Assembly: GCF_018977255.1 (NCBI RefSeq)
Contig: NW_024704743.1
Span: 28,398,001-28,462,000, forward strand
Length of the DNA stretch: 64,000 nucleotides
Reading direction: 5' to 3'
Source: Callorhinchus milii
Lineage: Eukaryota
Part shown: piece by piece, positions 12,768 to 26,820 of the stretch
Numbering within the stretch: position 1 is the stretch's first letter
How the letters are laid out: every line of letters starts with the position of its first letter
Translations under genes and position numbers: made by a program
Notes under the pieces: model-generated
Told to the model about the DNA's origin: nothing
Databases searched by the model: none
The model's input: the letters and a program-made list of their open reading frames with translations, nothing else

Positions 12768-15700
12768 CAGCACAACACACTCACACACACTCACTCACTC
12801 ACACACAACACTCACTCACACACAAACACTCACTCACTCACAACACTCACACACACAAACACTCACTCACTCACAACACTCTCACACACACTCACACACA
12901 ACACTCACTCTCACACACAAACACTCACTCTCACACACAAACACTCACTCACACACACTCACACACAACACTCACTCAGACACAACACTCACTCACTCAC
13001 ACACAACACTCACTCTCACACACAAACACACAAACACTCACACACTCACTCACTCTCACACACACTCACACACAACACTCACTCTCACACACAAACACTC
13101 ACTCTCACACCCAACACTCACAACACAACACTCACACACACAAACACTCACACACACTCACTCACTCACACACACTCACTCACACACACTCACTCACACA
13201 CACTCACTCACACTCACTCACACACACTCACTCACACACACAACGCTCACTCACAACACTCACAACACTCTCACACTCACTCACAACACTTTCACACACA
13301 ACACTCACACACACTCACTCACACACAACACTCACTCACACACAACACTCACTCACACACAACACTCACACACACACAACACTCACTCACAAATACTCAC
13401 AAACACTCACTCACACACAAAAAACAGTCTCACACACAAACAACAGTCTCACACACAACACTCACACACACACAACACTCACACACAACACTCACTCACA
13501 CACACACACAACACTCACACACACACAACACTCACACACACACAACACTCACTCCACACAACACTCACTCCACACAACACTCTCACACACAACACTCACT
13601 CACACTCACTCACAACACTTTCACACACAACACTCACACACACAACACTCACACACACAACACTCACACACACACTCACTCACTCCACACAACACTCTCA
13701 CACACAACACTCACACTCACCACACACTTCACACACAACACTCACACACACAACTCACACACAACACTCACACACACACTCACTCACAAACACTCACTCA
13801 CAACACTCACTCACAAACACTCACTCACACACACACAACACTCTCACACACAATACTCTCACACACACAACACTCTCACACACACAACACTCACACACAC
13901 AACACTCACTCACACACAACACCTCACACACAACACTCTCACACACACACAACACTCACACACACACACAACTCACACACACACTCACTCACTCCACACA
14001 ACACTCTCACACACACACTCACTCACACTCACTCACAACACTTTCACACACAACACTCACACACACAACACTCACACACACAACACTCACACACACACTC
14101 ACTCACACACACACTCACTCCACACAACACTCTCACACACAACACTCACTCACACTCACTCACAACACTTTCACACACAACACTCACACACACAACACTC
14201 ACACACAACACTCACACACAACACTCACACACACACAACACTCACTCACAAACACTCACTCACAAACACTCACTCAAACACTCACAAACACTCACTCACA
14301 AACACTCACTCACACACACACAACACTCTCACACACAATACTCTCACACACAATACTCTCACACACACAACACTCTCACACACACAACACTCACACACAC
14401 AACACTCACTCACACACAACACTCTCACACACACACAACACTCTCACACACACACAACTCACACACACACTCACTCACTCCACACAACACTCTCACACAC
14501 AACACTCACTCACAAACACACATTCACTCACTCTCACACAACACTCACTCACTCAACACTCACTCACAACATTCACTCACACTCACTCACTCAACACTCA
14601 CTCACTCACACAACACTCACACACACAAACACTCACTCACTCACAACACTCTCACACACACTCACACACAACACTCACTCTCACACACAAACACTCACTC
14701 TCACACACAAACACTCACTCACACACACTCACACACAACACTCACTCAGACACAACACTCACTCACTCACACACAACACTCACTCTCACACACAAACACT
14801 CACACACTCACTCACTCTCACACACACTCACACACAACACTCACTCTCACACACAAACACTCACTCTCACACCCAACACTCACAACACTCACACACACAA
14901 CACTCACACACACAACACTCACACACACTCACTCACACTCACTCACACACACACACACACACACAACGCTCACTCACACACAACACTCACAACACTCACT
15001 CACACTCACTCACAACACTTTCACACACAACACTCACACACACTCACTCACACACAACACTCACTCACACACAACACTCACTCACACACAACACTCACAC
15101 ACAACACTCACTCACAAATACTCACAAACACTCACTCACACACAAACAACAGTCTCACACACAAACAACAGTCTCACACACAACACTCTCACACACACAA
15201 CACTCACACACAACACTCACTCACACACACACACAACACTCACACACACACAACACTCACACACACACAACACTCACTCCACACAACACTCACTCCACAC
15301 AACACTCTCACACACAACACTCACTCACACTCACTCACAACACTTTCACACACAACACAACACTCACACACACACTCACTCACTCCACACAACACTCTCA
15401 CACACAACACTCACTCACACTCACACACACTTTCACACACAACACTCACACACACAACACTCACACACACAACACTCACACACACAACACTCACACACAA
15501 CACTCACTCACAAACACTCACTCACAAACACTCACTCACAAACACTCACTCACACACACACAACACTCTCACACACACAACACTCTCACACACACAACAC
15601 TCTCACACACACAACACTCACTCACACAACACTCACTCACACACAACACTCTCACACACAACACTCTCACACACACACAACACTCACACACACACACAAC

Positions 15701-17277
15701 TCACACACACACTCACTCACTCCACACAACACTCTCACACACAACACTCACTCACACTCACTCACAACACTTTCACACACAACACTCACACACACAACAC
15801 TCACACACACAACACTCACACACACACTCACTCACACACACACTCACTCCACACAACACTCTCACACACAACACTCACTCACACTCACTCACAACACTTT
15901 CACACACAACACTCACACACACAACACTCACACACACAACACTCACACACAACACTCACACACAACACTCACACACACACAACACTCACTCACAAACACT
16001 CACTCAAACACTCACAAACACTCACTCACAAACACTCACTCACACACACACAATACTCTCACACACAATACTCTCACACACACAACACTCTCACACACAC
16101 AACACTCTCACACACACAACACTCACACACACAACACTCACACACACAACACTCACTCACACACAACACTCTCACACACAACACTCTCACACACACACAA
16201 CTCACACACACACTCACTCACTCCACACAACACTCTCACACACAACACTCACTCACAAACACACATTCACTCACTCTCACACAACACTCACTCACTCAAC
16301 ACTCACTCACAACATTCACTCACACTCACTCACTCAACACTCACTCACTCACACAACACTCACACACAACACTCACTCACACACAACACTCACTCACTCA
16401 ACACTCACTCACACAACACTCACTCACAACACTCACTCACTCACAACACTCACTCACTCACAACACTCACTCACACACAACACTCACTCACACACTCACT
16501 CCACACAACACTCTCACACACAACACTCACTCACACTCACTCACAACACTTTCACACACAACACTCACACACACAACACTCACACACACAACACTCACAC
16601 ACAACACTCACACACAACACTCACACACACACAACACTCACTCACAACACTCACTCAAACACTCACAAACACTCACTCACAAACACTCACTCACACACAC
16701 ACAACACTCTCACACACAATACTCTCACACACAATACTCTCACACACACAACACTCTCACACACACAACACTCACACACACAACACTCACACACACAACA
16801 CTCACTCACACACAACACTCTCACACACACAACTCACACACACACTCACTCACTCCACACAACACTCTCACACACAACACTCACTCACAAACACACATTC
16901 ACTCACTCTCACACAACACTCACTCACTCAACACTCACTCACAACATTCACTCACACTCACTCACTCACTCAACACTCACTCACTCACACAACACTCACA
17001 CACAACACTCACTCACACACAACACTCACTCACTCAACACTCACTCACACAACACTCACTCACAACACTCACTCACTCACTCACAACACTCACAATCACT
17101 CACAACACTCACTCACACACAACACTCACTCACACACACACAACACTCACTTTCACACACACACAAAACACTCACTCACTCTTTCACACACAACACTCTC
17201 ACACACAAACACTCACTCTATCACACACACAACACTCACTCACTCACACACAACACACACTCACTCACACACACACA
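12768..17277. repeat. Complex CA/CT simple-repeat array (cacaacact/cacact/ctca motifs) with higher-order duplication
   Basis: About 4.5 kb of nearly G-free sequence on the + strand. Rare marker words recur about 1.72-1.77 kb apart. Confidence 0.97.
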
Positions 17278-17439
17278 GGTTAGAGACTCTTCAACCCACA
17301 CCACCTCCAGGATCCGACGCGAAGGCAATCAACGCCAGGGAGCACATTCTCTACTAGTTTAAGTACAATTCAAGCTGGAAACCTGGTCTGATGCAAGTGC
17401 CCGCACCCCATGAATTATTAAACCTTCAGCCAGTAAAGC

Positions 17440-17663
17440 CTTCGCCGCCTCCTCCCTTTCCTCCTTCAAGGCCGGTCTCAAGATCTTTGTCTTTGACTGT
17501 GCCTTCAGCTCCCCTCTCGACTCTCTACCCCCTCCTCACTCCCTCCCTTCCCTCCCCTCACCCTGACCATTTCCCCCACTGCTCGGGTCCTGACCCAACT
17601 GTACAGCGCTTTGGGACGTCCTCCTGACGTGAAAGGCGCTCTATAAATGGAATCTTGTTGTTG
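17440..17663 (+). mobile_element. L2 3' end
   Basis: gcgctttgggacgtcctcctgacgtgaaaggcgctctataaatggaatcttgttgttg. Confidence 0.88.
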
Positions 17664-17689
17664 TCTCCCCCCCACACAACAACAAAAAC

Positions 17690-17975
17690 ACCGGACGCTT
17701 CCAGGATTTCCAGCTGGATTTTCTCATCCGCCAGCTGCTACGTGTGTGTTTGTCTTGTTTTTAATGTCTTAGCTTCTCTGGGATCACTCACCTGAGGCCT
17801 TTCACCTTCTTTCCTGCTTGGTTTCCCCCCCACACCCTCTGGTCTGTGTGCGCACTCTCACACACACACACACACACAGGTAAAGTAAAGGGCGGGTCAG
17901 CACAGGGCACTTAGCTCTGTCTTACCTTTTTTTCTGCCAAAAACAACTGCAGTTCCAGCAGTCACAGTGGTTTTT
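17690..17975 (-). promoter_or_regulatory. Candidate MARVELD3 promoter / non-coding first exon(s)
   Basis: Strong minus-strand donors CAG|gtgagt (GT at 17791-17790) and AAG|gtaaga (GT at 17925-17924), GC box gggcggg at about 17890, local CpGs. Another AAG|gtaaga donor at 12552. No transcript evidence. Confidence 0.3.
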
Positions 17976-17977
17976 GT

Positions 17978-18293
17978 GGAGTCCTGTAGCTCAGTGGTTA
18001 GAGCACTCGCTTTGCAAGTGAGAGACCGGAGTTCAATTCCAGGCAGAGGGCGAAACCTTGGGCAAGTTTCCTTACTCCACACAGAGCCTAATAATAATCC
18101 CTCCAAAAAAACAATAATAAATTGGTCATTTTCAATCCATGACTGTTTGCGGGACACTGCTGCGCGCAATTGGCTGCCGCGTTCGCCCACAAATATAGTC
18201 AATTCACTTTACAGCATATTCTGTGAAGCGCTTTGAGACGTCTAGAAGACGTGATAAGGCACTATATCAAATGCAAGGATCGTGATTATTATT
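17978..18293 (+). mobile_element. tRNA-derived SINE, short form
   Basis: Full head, body and tail, as at 10152. Confidence 0.92.
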
Positions 18294-18954
18294 TCGTGGG
18301 TGTCGTCCTTTTACTCACTCTTCGTGAGAAGAAATCCTTTGCTTCTTTCTGTGAGAAAACTATAGCCAGATCCAATTAAAAGACTGAAAACTATTTCGAA
18401 AGACCAAGGGAGGGCGAGAGAGAGGGAGACAAGTGCTGCAGTAAACTACTGTGAGTCGATAGAAAAAAAAGGCAATTGAGAGTTCATTAAAAAGTTAGAG
18501 GTCATAAGAGGGCAGTAGTAAGAAAAACACAGATTGCAGAGTAGGATCAGTAAAAATTGTTTGACAGTGTTAAAGCCCACATGTTGTCGCTCCTTCCAGT
18601 GATTATTACAGATTTCACCTACAAATCCATCCACTCCCTGACATGCGCTTATCACTCCGATCCCTTTCTACCCTTCTCCACTGCTCCCCTGCCCCTTCTG
18701 CCCCTACAGTGGCTTATAGCAGGTCCTTCCTCACTCTTTCCCCCTCACCCACCCACTCACTCACTCATCTGAGTCAGGCAAGCTGAGAGCCCCCTACCCT
18801 CTCCACAACACCATCGGTGGTCGTGTATTCAGTTCCTCGCCAGGCTCCCTGTGTCCAAAAGGATGGATTTGAAAATCCTCACCCCAAGATACACATCTCT
18901 TAACACTAACACCTTTCTACCTCTGTGACCTGCTTGTACCCCGTTTTTAACTTG

Positions 18955-19495
18955 CAGCCGCTTAAGCTGGATACATCTGGGATGGCCATTTTGTCCAGCT
19001 TAAGAGGCGTCTGAAGTAAACTGGAGTTCTCCTGCCCAGCAGAGGAGCATTGGCGACTCCTCCCTCTCATTGCCATTCCCATTGAACAGGAAGGGGACCT
19101 GCTCCGAGGTGATTGACAACCTGGAGCACTCTATCCGTTCACAAGTATCCCTAGCTGTCAATCAATTGCAATTTGACTCCACCCATTCCCTCCCTTGTTT
19201 CTTCCCTGCTCCTCCCCCTCACGGATTGACTGTCCACGGTCGCTGGGGAATGGCTGGAGTCCGCTGTCAATCAATCACATTTTGACTCCTCCCATCTCCA
19301 TCCCAGAGTCGATCGTGGATGATTGGAGCTTCTCGAGATACAGAGTGAGTTGACGTAGCAGCGACCTGTGTGGTATTTTGTCCGAATTAACCGGCATATT
19401 TAAATTAGCTGAGAATACGAATGAATCGGGCTGGGCATCTGATTTACCAGGCGTCCTGAGTGAACTGGCGCCCGGCTAAAGCAAGCCTTACGCAG
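18955..19495. mobile_element. Degenerate Tigger-like DNA transposon remnant
   Basis: Hairpin ccgcttaagctgga...tccagcttaagagg at the left. The right end (19438-19480) is reverse-complement similar to the MITE at 33539. Confidence 0.5.
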
Positions 19496-19519
19496 TATTA
19501 TTATTATTATACTCTCTGC

Positions 19520-19630
19520 AGGGGAGAGAGCGAGGTAGTGGGATTGAATTGGATAGCTCTTTTCAAAGAGCCGGCACAGCCACGATGGACCGAATGGCCT
19601 CCTTCTGTGCTGTATAATTCTATAATTCTA
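19520..19630 (+). mobile_element. CR1 3' end
   Basis: ggaccgaatggcctccttctgtgctg followed by a tandem tataattc tail. Confidence 0.75.
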
Positions 19631-19832
19631 TTATTTTAGTCCCATTTCAAATACTACCTCTTTGAACATGCCTACAGCCAACTGGTTCTCCCCTCCCTCT
19701 CTCTTGCATGGTGTCCAACATCATCCCTGTGAAGCATCCCCTGGACAGATACACCTTGCTTACAAAATTCTGAAGAGTAGTGGCTGGACATGCTGCTTGT
19801 TCAGCTCCTAGAGATGTCCTCCTGATGTGAAC

Positions 19833-20215
19833 AATAACAACAACAAAAAGATTACAATTGTATAGCGCCTTTCACATCAGAAGGACGTCCCAAGGCGCTG
19901 GACAGTGTACAGCATTTCAGACCTGAGCTGGGGTCAGCGGGGGAGAAGGGAGGGGAGGGGAAGGAAGGTGACCAATGGCATGGTCGAAGAGGAGGGTTTT
20001 GAGGCGGGATTTTAAGGAAGCTAAGGAGGGGGTGAGGCGGAGTGATTGGCGGATGGAATTCCAGAGGTTGGGGACAGAGTGGCTGAAGGCTCTTCCACCA
20101 GTGATGGGGCGGGTGGGTTGGGGGATGTGGAGTAGGCCTGAGCCGGCTGAGCGGCGGGAGTGGGCGGGTTGGTAGGAAGTTAGGAGGTCACAGAGACAGG
20201 GAGTTTGTATGGTCA
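19833..20215 (-). mobile_element. L2 3' fragment
   Basis: GGRAFSHSVPNLWNSI...LKTLLF and an aac-repeat tail. Confidence 0.85.
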
Positions 20216-20252
20216 AGTCTGGATGTTATGAATGCGTGAATGAGGGCTTTGG

Positions 20253-22690
20253 CAACAACAAAAAGAAAATTACATTTATAGAGCGCCTTTCACATCGGGA
20301 GGACATCCCAAAGTGCTGAACAGTCAGATGTCGGGGCCCGAGCATGGGGGAGGGGTGGTGTAGGCCTGAGGGAAGGCAGGGAGGTGGGAGGGAGGCCAAA
20401 AGCATGGTTGAAGAGAAAGGTCTTGAGACCGGCCTTCAAGGAGGCAAGGGAGGAAACGAGGCGAAGGGACAGTGGATGGAGTTCCAGAGTGTGGGGACAG
20501 AAAGGCTGAAAGCCCGGCCACCGATGGTAGGGTGGGTCGGTGGGAGACATGGAGCAGGCTGGAGCCCGATGAACGGAGGGAGTGGGCAGGTTGGTAGAGA
20601 GTCGGCAGGTCAGAGAGGTAGGAGGGGGCAAGGCCACGGATGGCCTTAAATGTGAGGACGAGGATCTTAAACTCGATCCTCTGGGGGATGGGGAGTCAAT
20701 GGAGTCAGGCGAGGGTGGGAGTAATGGGGTCACGGAGCCTGGTGTGTGAGAATACACGAGCTGTAGAGTTTTGGTTGATTTTTCAGCTTGTGAAGGGAAG
20801 AGTTGGGAAGGCCGATGAGGAGGGAGTTCCCGTAATCGAGCCTTGAGGTTACAAATGCATCGGTGAGGGTCTCGGCAGCCTGAGGGGTGAGGCAGTGGCG
20901 GAGTCTGGCAATGTTGTGGAGGTGGTGGTAGGCAGTGCCAGTCATGGCGCGGATGTAGGGGAGAAAGGACAGTTCAGGGTCAAACAAGATACCCAGGTTC
21001 CTGACTGGCTTAGTGAGGTTGAGTGTGCAGCTGTGGAGGCTGATGCTGCCAGCGCCTGAGGTGCGGAGGCGCTGGCGCGAGCCAATCAGGAGGGTCTCGG
21101 TCTTGCTGACGTTGAGTTGGAGAAAATTGTCCCTCGTCCAGGACTTGATGTCGGATAGGCCGTCGGTCAGGACACCAGTAGTCCTGGAGTTCAGGGTGGA
21201 GGCAGAGAGGTAGAGTTGGGTGTCATCCGCATACATGTGGAAATTTACCCCATGTCTGCGGATGATTTCACCAAGGGGGAGCATGTAGAGGGTGAAGAGG
21301 AAGGGACCGAGGACAGAGCCCTGAGGAACACCGCACGAGCAGTGCGGGGGCTGGAGGAGAAACCTTTTGCCACGATGAAGTGGAGGCGGTGTGAAAGGTA
21401 GGACCTGAACCAGTCAAGGGCAGAACCTTGAAGGTTGAGGTGGAAGGAGAGGCGGTGGAGGAGGATTGAGTGATCCATGGTGTCAAAGGCGACGGAGAGG
21501 TCGAGGAGGACGAGGAGGCAGAGGGAGCCCTGGTCACACATGGTCAGGATATCGTTTGTGACTTTGACCAGAGCAGTTTCCGGGTTGTGGGCAGCACAGA
21601 AACCCGATTGGAGGGGTTCATGGAGGGAATGAGAGGAGAGGAAAGAGGGAAGCTGGGAGGCAAGGCTCACTGAAGGACCTTGGATAGGACGGGGAGATCT
21701 GAGATGGGCCAGTAGTTAGATAGCTGTGATAGGTCAAGGGAAGGTTTCTTCAAGGTGCAGGTGATAGTGGCTGTTTTGAGGGGGGAAGGAACAGTGCCAG
21801 ATGACAGGAAGAGGTTAATGATGTTGGCGAGTAGTGGTGCAAGGAGGTGGAGCTGGGATTTAAGGAGAGGGGGTGGGGATGGGGTCGAGGGAGCAGGTTG
21901 TGGACTTCATGGAGATTACTGTGTTGAAGACAGAGGAGGGGGTGACAGGTACAAAAATGTGGAAAGAGGGATGGGTAATTGTCAGATGGGTAATTGTGTG
22001 GGGTGGGGTAGGGAGGGTGTGGAAGTTGGGAGGGCAGTGGCAGTTGAGCGGATCCCCTAGATTTTGGACTCGAGGAAGTCCAGCATTTCTCGCAGTGAGA
22101 GTCAAAGGAACGTATCTGCGAAGCATGTCGGGGAGGGCGGAGGAGCCGGTTAGTGGTGGAGAACAGGAGCCTGGGATTGGTTTTGCCTCCAGGATTAAAC
22201 TGGAATAGAAGGGTGATTTGGCTGAGGCGAGAGCGGAGCAGTAATTCTTGATGAGGTCCAGCCAGATGTAGCAGTGAATCGTTAAACCAGATATGAGCCA
22301 AGTGCGTTCGACGGCCCACACCTGCCCTTAAGCAAGCGGAGGTGGCTGGTGAACCAGGGTGAGGATCGGGAATAGGAGGCAGTTCGGGAGGTGAGGGGGG
22401 CAAGGACATTGAGTGTGGTGGAGAGGGTGCTGTGGAGAAGAGTGAGTACAGCAAGAGGGCTGTTGCGAAAGGTGGGCCAGAGAGGGAGGAGACTAGAGGA
22501 CTCCAGGTCAGTGGAGAGGGATTGCGGAGAGATCTTCTTCCACAGGCGATAGAAGATGGTGGTAGGTTTGGGGACAGTGGGGAGAGGGATTTGGGAGTTG
22601 AGGGAGATTAAATGGTGGTCAGAGATGGCCTTGTCAGTGATGGTGACATCCAAGACTCTGAGGCCCCGGGTGATCACCAGGTCGAGCGTG
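20253..22690 (-). mobile_element. L2 LINE, long degenerate ORF2 (endonuclease end plus RT)
   Basis: TLDLVITRGL and ISDHHLIS (APE endonuclease), QSGF, LLDLSVAFDTMDH and YADDTQLY (RT). Multiple frameshifts. Confidence 0.93.
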
Positions 22691-22709
22691 GGTGTGGGTA
22701 GCAGAGTGG

Positions 22710-23160
22710 CTACCACCACCTTTGCAACATTTTTGCCAGACTTTGCCACTGTCTCACCCCTCAGGCTGCCGAAACCCTCACCCACGCATTCGTCACCTCA
22801 AGGCTTGATTACGGGAACTCCCTCCTCATCGGCCTTCCCAACTCTTCCCTTCACAAGCTGCAGATCATCCAAAACTCTGCAGCTCGTGTACTCTCACGCA
22901 CCAGGCTCCGTGACCCCATCACTCCCACCCTCCCCCAACTTCACTGGCTCCCCATCCCCCAGAGGATCAAGTTCAAGATCCTCGTCCTCACATAGGCCAT
23001 CCATGGCATTGCCCCCTCCTATCTCTCTGACCTACTGACTCCCTACCAACCTGCCCGCTCCCTCTGTTCATCTTGCTCCGGCCTGCTCCATGTCTCCCGC
23101 TCAACCCGCCCTACCATTGGTGGCCGGGCTATCAGTCTTTCTGTCTCCACACTCTGGAAC
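22710..23160 (+). mobile_element. L2 ORF2 C-terminal fragment in opposite orientation
   Basis: Reverse complement of the type of sequence at about 20480-20935. Confidence 0.85.
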
Positions 23161-23349
23161 TCCAGAGTGGCTGGCTGGTTGGCAGGTTGTCTGGTTACCA
23201 GGATAACCTGTACTGTACTGGGCTGTAACTGCTGCCAGGGATTCAAACCTGGCAGGCGGAATTGATGTCACGCAGAATGGCGGGGAAATCTGGAGGTCCA
23301 AAATGGCGGCTCCCACGACCGGTAATGGCCGCCGCCCGATCCCCGTGAC

Positions 23350-24575
23350 GCAGACTGAGGAGTGAGACTGTGGCAGAGCCCAGCGATGTTGTGGAGTTGT
23401 GTGAAGGCAGAGCAGATAATGGCAAGGTTGTGGGGTAGAAAGGATAGTTGAGGATCAAATAATATGTCAAGTTTCGGGACTGGCTTACTAAGATGGAGTA
23501 TACATCCATGGATGGTGATGCTGTCAGCGCCTGAGATGTAGAGGCGCTGACGGGAGCCAATCAGGAGATCCTCAGTCTTGTTGACGTTCAACTGAAGGAA
23601 ATTAGCTCTCATCCAGGACCTGATGTGACCAGGGATGGTTTGACCTGTGACTGTGACAGAGAGACATTCTGACAAATGGATGAGGGAGGAGAGACATTGG
23701 AGGAGGGTAACATGAGTCCTGTAGCTCAGTGGTTAGAGCACTCGCTTTGCAAGTGAGAGACCTGAGTTCAATTCCAGGCAGAGGGTGAAACCTTGGGCAA
23801 GTTTCCTTACTCCACACGCCTAATAATAATCCCTCCAAAAAACCAAAAACAATAATTAAATTGGTCATTTTCAATCTACGACTGTTTGTGGGACATTGCT
23901 GTGCGCAATTGGCTGCCGCGTTCGCCCACAAATATACAGTCTTTACAGTGTGTTCTGTGAAGCGCTTTGGGACGTCCTCCCGACGTGAAAAGCGCTATAT
24001 CAAATGCAAGGATTATTATTATTATTATTATTATGAGTGACTGTGTCGAATGCATCAGGTAGTTCCAGGAAGACAAAGCAGGTCGGAAGACCCCAATTTA
24101 TTGGACTGGCTTAGGAAGGTGGAGTGTGTAAACATGGATGGTGATGTTGTCAGCGCCTGAGGTACGGAGACACTGACGGGAACTAATCAGGACAGCCTCA
24201 GTCTTATTGACGTTCAACTGAAGAAAATTAGTTCTCATCCAGGACTTGATGTCTGACAGTTATTCTGTCAGGACAGCATTGGTCCTGGAGTCAAGGGTAG
24301 AGGCAGAGAGGGAGAATTGGTTGTCATCCACATATATGTGGAGGTTGGTGCCACGTCTACGGATGATATCACCAACAGGGAGCATATAGATATTGAAGAG
24401 GAGGGGACCAAAGACAAAGCCCTGAGGAATGCTGCATGAGATGGTGTGGGGGCTAGAGGAGAAACCATTCATGGAGGTGAAGTGGAGGCGACGTGAGAGG
24501 TACGATCTGAACTAGTCAAGTACAGAGCCGTGAAGGTTGAGGTGAGAGAGGCGGTAGATGAGGATAGAGTGGTCT
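23350..24575 (-). mobile_element. L2 RT fragments interrupted by a SINE
   Basis: WMRANFLQLNVNKTE and PQGFVFGPLLFNIYM. Confidence 0.85.
23714..24033 (+). mobile_element. tRNA-derived SINE, short young form
   Basis: Near-identical to 10152-10477 and nested within L2 sequence. Confidence 0.92.
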
Positions 24576-25227
24576 CACAACATGGTTCTGATGGTACTAG
24601 CAGCTCATAAACATGAAGTCACTTATAATAACAGCAGATAACACACCTCTTTATAGTGCGAGTTGGTATTTTATGGATATGGACAACTGTGGGGCTCACT
24701 GTATTGTTAAATGGGAATTCAATCCTATTTGATTCTCTGAATACCAAGAATGCCAAGTGCTACAAGGGAAGCATGCTGGTGTATTGTGGACAAATCAACT
24801 AGTTTGTTACAATTTTTCTGTTAACAGCAACACAATAGAAATACAGAAATAGAAATCGTCATTTCTGGAATACAGCTAATACAGGATTTCTTATAAAGTG
24901 TATTCACTCGGTATCTTGTTGGCAAAGTCAAGGGGCTATGGTTAAAATATGATTGCAAATTGATGAAAAATTGCAATGGAGTCATCAAAGGCCGGAAATT
25001 CCATCTTGTCTTAGCCTATAAGACCATTTTGTCTTGAAATTTAAGAATACTCAGAATTGTGGAATATCTTTAATTTTGTTTTCATTTGGAGGTTGGTTTG
25101 TTTTAAGAACTGAGGTAAATTGGCTTCTGAATTGATTCTCAGCCATGTTAAATAATAGGCAAAATAGCCTCCCAGGCTAAGACAAAATGAAATTTACAAC
25201 ATCTACCACTCCCACCCTTTCATGAAG

Positions 25228-25624
25228 CTTCAAAATGACCTGACGTTTGGGTAAGCTGTTAGACTGGAACAACCCACACAAGATGGATAAAGATGAGATT
25301 GTTGTAATGCTCCCCAAATTTAAGATGGAGAACAACTATGACTTCACTGGAACACTTGGTGGTATGGGAATGGTTGATGCTTTGAAGGCAAATTTCTCGG
25401 GAATAACTGAGAAAAATGACCTGGATTTATCAAAAGTTGTTCAGATAATCTTTATTGAAGTTAATAGGGAAGTTACAGAAGCAGCAGCTGCCACAGCAAT
25501 TACTATGAGGTTAATATGGCAAAAGATTACAATGCAATTTGTGGCTGACCATCCATTCCTGTTTTTCATCAGGCACAACAAAACTCGCAACATCCTGTTC
25601 TTTGGGAGTTTCTCCTCTCCTTAA
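25228..25624 (+). pseudogene. Clade-B serpin terminal exon, copy A (orphan, frameshifted)
   Basis: Serpin signature [28 protein letters not shown]. +1 frameshift near 25248, 9-nt deletion (DAF missing) and altered hinge EVNREVTE. No upstream serpin exons seen. Confidence 0.9.
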
Positions 25625-25639
25625 ACACAATGCAAAAGC

Positions 25640-26820
25640 ACGCCAAGGTTCTGGACTGGCTTAATAAGGTAGAATGAGCATCCTTGGATGGTCATGCTGT
25701 CAGTGCCTGAGGTGTGGATGCTCTGATGATAGAAAATCAGGACGACCTCGGTCTTGTTGACGTTCAACAGAAGAAAGTTTACTCTCATCCAGGTCTTGTC
25801 GTCTGACCAGGAATGGTGTGACCTAAGACTGTGACAGAGAGACAATCTGAGTTTATTGAGGGTGGGAATACAGGCGGTGGAGTTCTGAATCAGTTGTAGT
25901 TTGTGGGTAGTGGAGATGGGGAGACCAGTGAGGAGGGCAAGGGATTAGTCGAGAGTTTGGGCTGCCATGGGGGTGAGGTCAGAGGCGGGCAATGTGATGG
26001 AGGTGGAGGAAAGCGTCTTGGTTAGGGATCGGATGTGTGGGAGGAAGGAAAGCTGGGATCAAACCTGACACCCAGGTTATGTACTTTATCCCACATTTGT
26101 GGATGGTAGACAAGGCGAATATAAATAAGGAAATGGAGGGGGCCAAGGGTGGAGCCTTAGGGTACATGGCTGGTGAGTGTACAGTGGCGCGAGGAATCAA
26201 CAGTTATGGAGATGAAGTGATGGTGGCAGGTCTCGAACCAGATAGTTCAATCCCACTGAGGTGGATGAGGGAGGAGAGACAGTGGAGGATAGGGTGATTC
26301 ATTTTGTCAAATGCATCAAATAGTTCCAGGAGGACAAGGGGGCAAATAGAGCCTTGGTCATGGAGAGAGGACATCATCAGTGACTTTGACGAGCGCTGAA
26401 TCTGTGCTGTGGGCAGCTGGAACCCAGAATAGAGGGGCTCGAGATGGGAGTGGAGGGAGAGGTGCGAGTGAAGTTGATTTGCAAAAATGCGTCCCAAAAT
26501 TTAGCAACGAAAGACAAGTTGGAATTGATCCGGAAGTTAACAAGGTTTGAGGGATAGAGAGTGGGTTTTGTGAGGAGGGGATTGATGACAGCGGTGTTGC
26601 TGAGGAATGGGACTGGTTGACTGTGTCAGCCGAGAGGGGTAGAGTGGGGGGTGTTGAGACAGCAGGTGTTGGTGTTCATGGTTGAGACAGAGGAAAAAGA
26701 GGCAGGGACAAAGAAGAGTAGGGTGGGGGCAATGGTAGGAGCTGTGGCAGAAGGAGTCGGTGTTGTGGAAAGCAAGGGAAGGGTGCTTGGAAACACGGGT
26801 GTGGGGGAGGGGGAGGAAGC
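25640..26820 (-). mobile_element. Degenerate L2 fragments
   Basis: WMRVNFLLLNVNKTE and SALVKVTDD. Parts are shared with 39895-40345. Confidence 0.75.

Noticed and set aside
12717..17357. 1546-aa and 1520-aa His/Thr-rich ORFs
   Set aside because: Artefact of a G-free CA/CT repeat that cannot form stop codons; two frames are open at once and there is no gene structure.
20253..22690. Active autonomous L2
   Set aside because: ORF2 is broken into many frames and is 5'-truncated.
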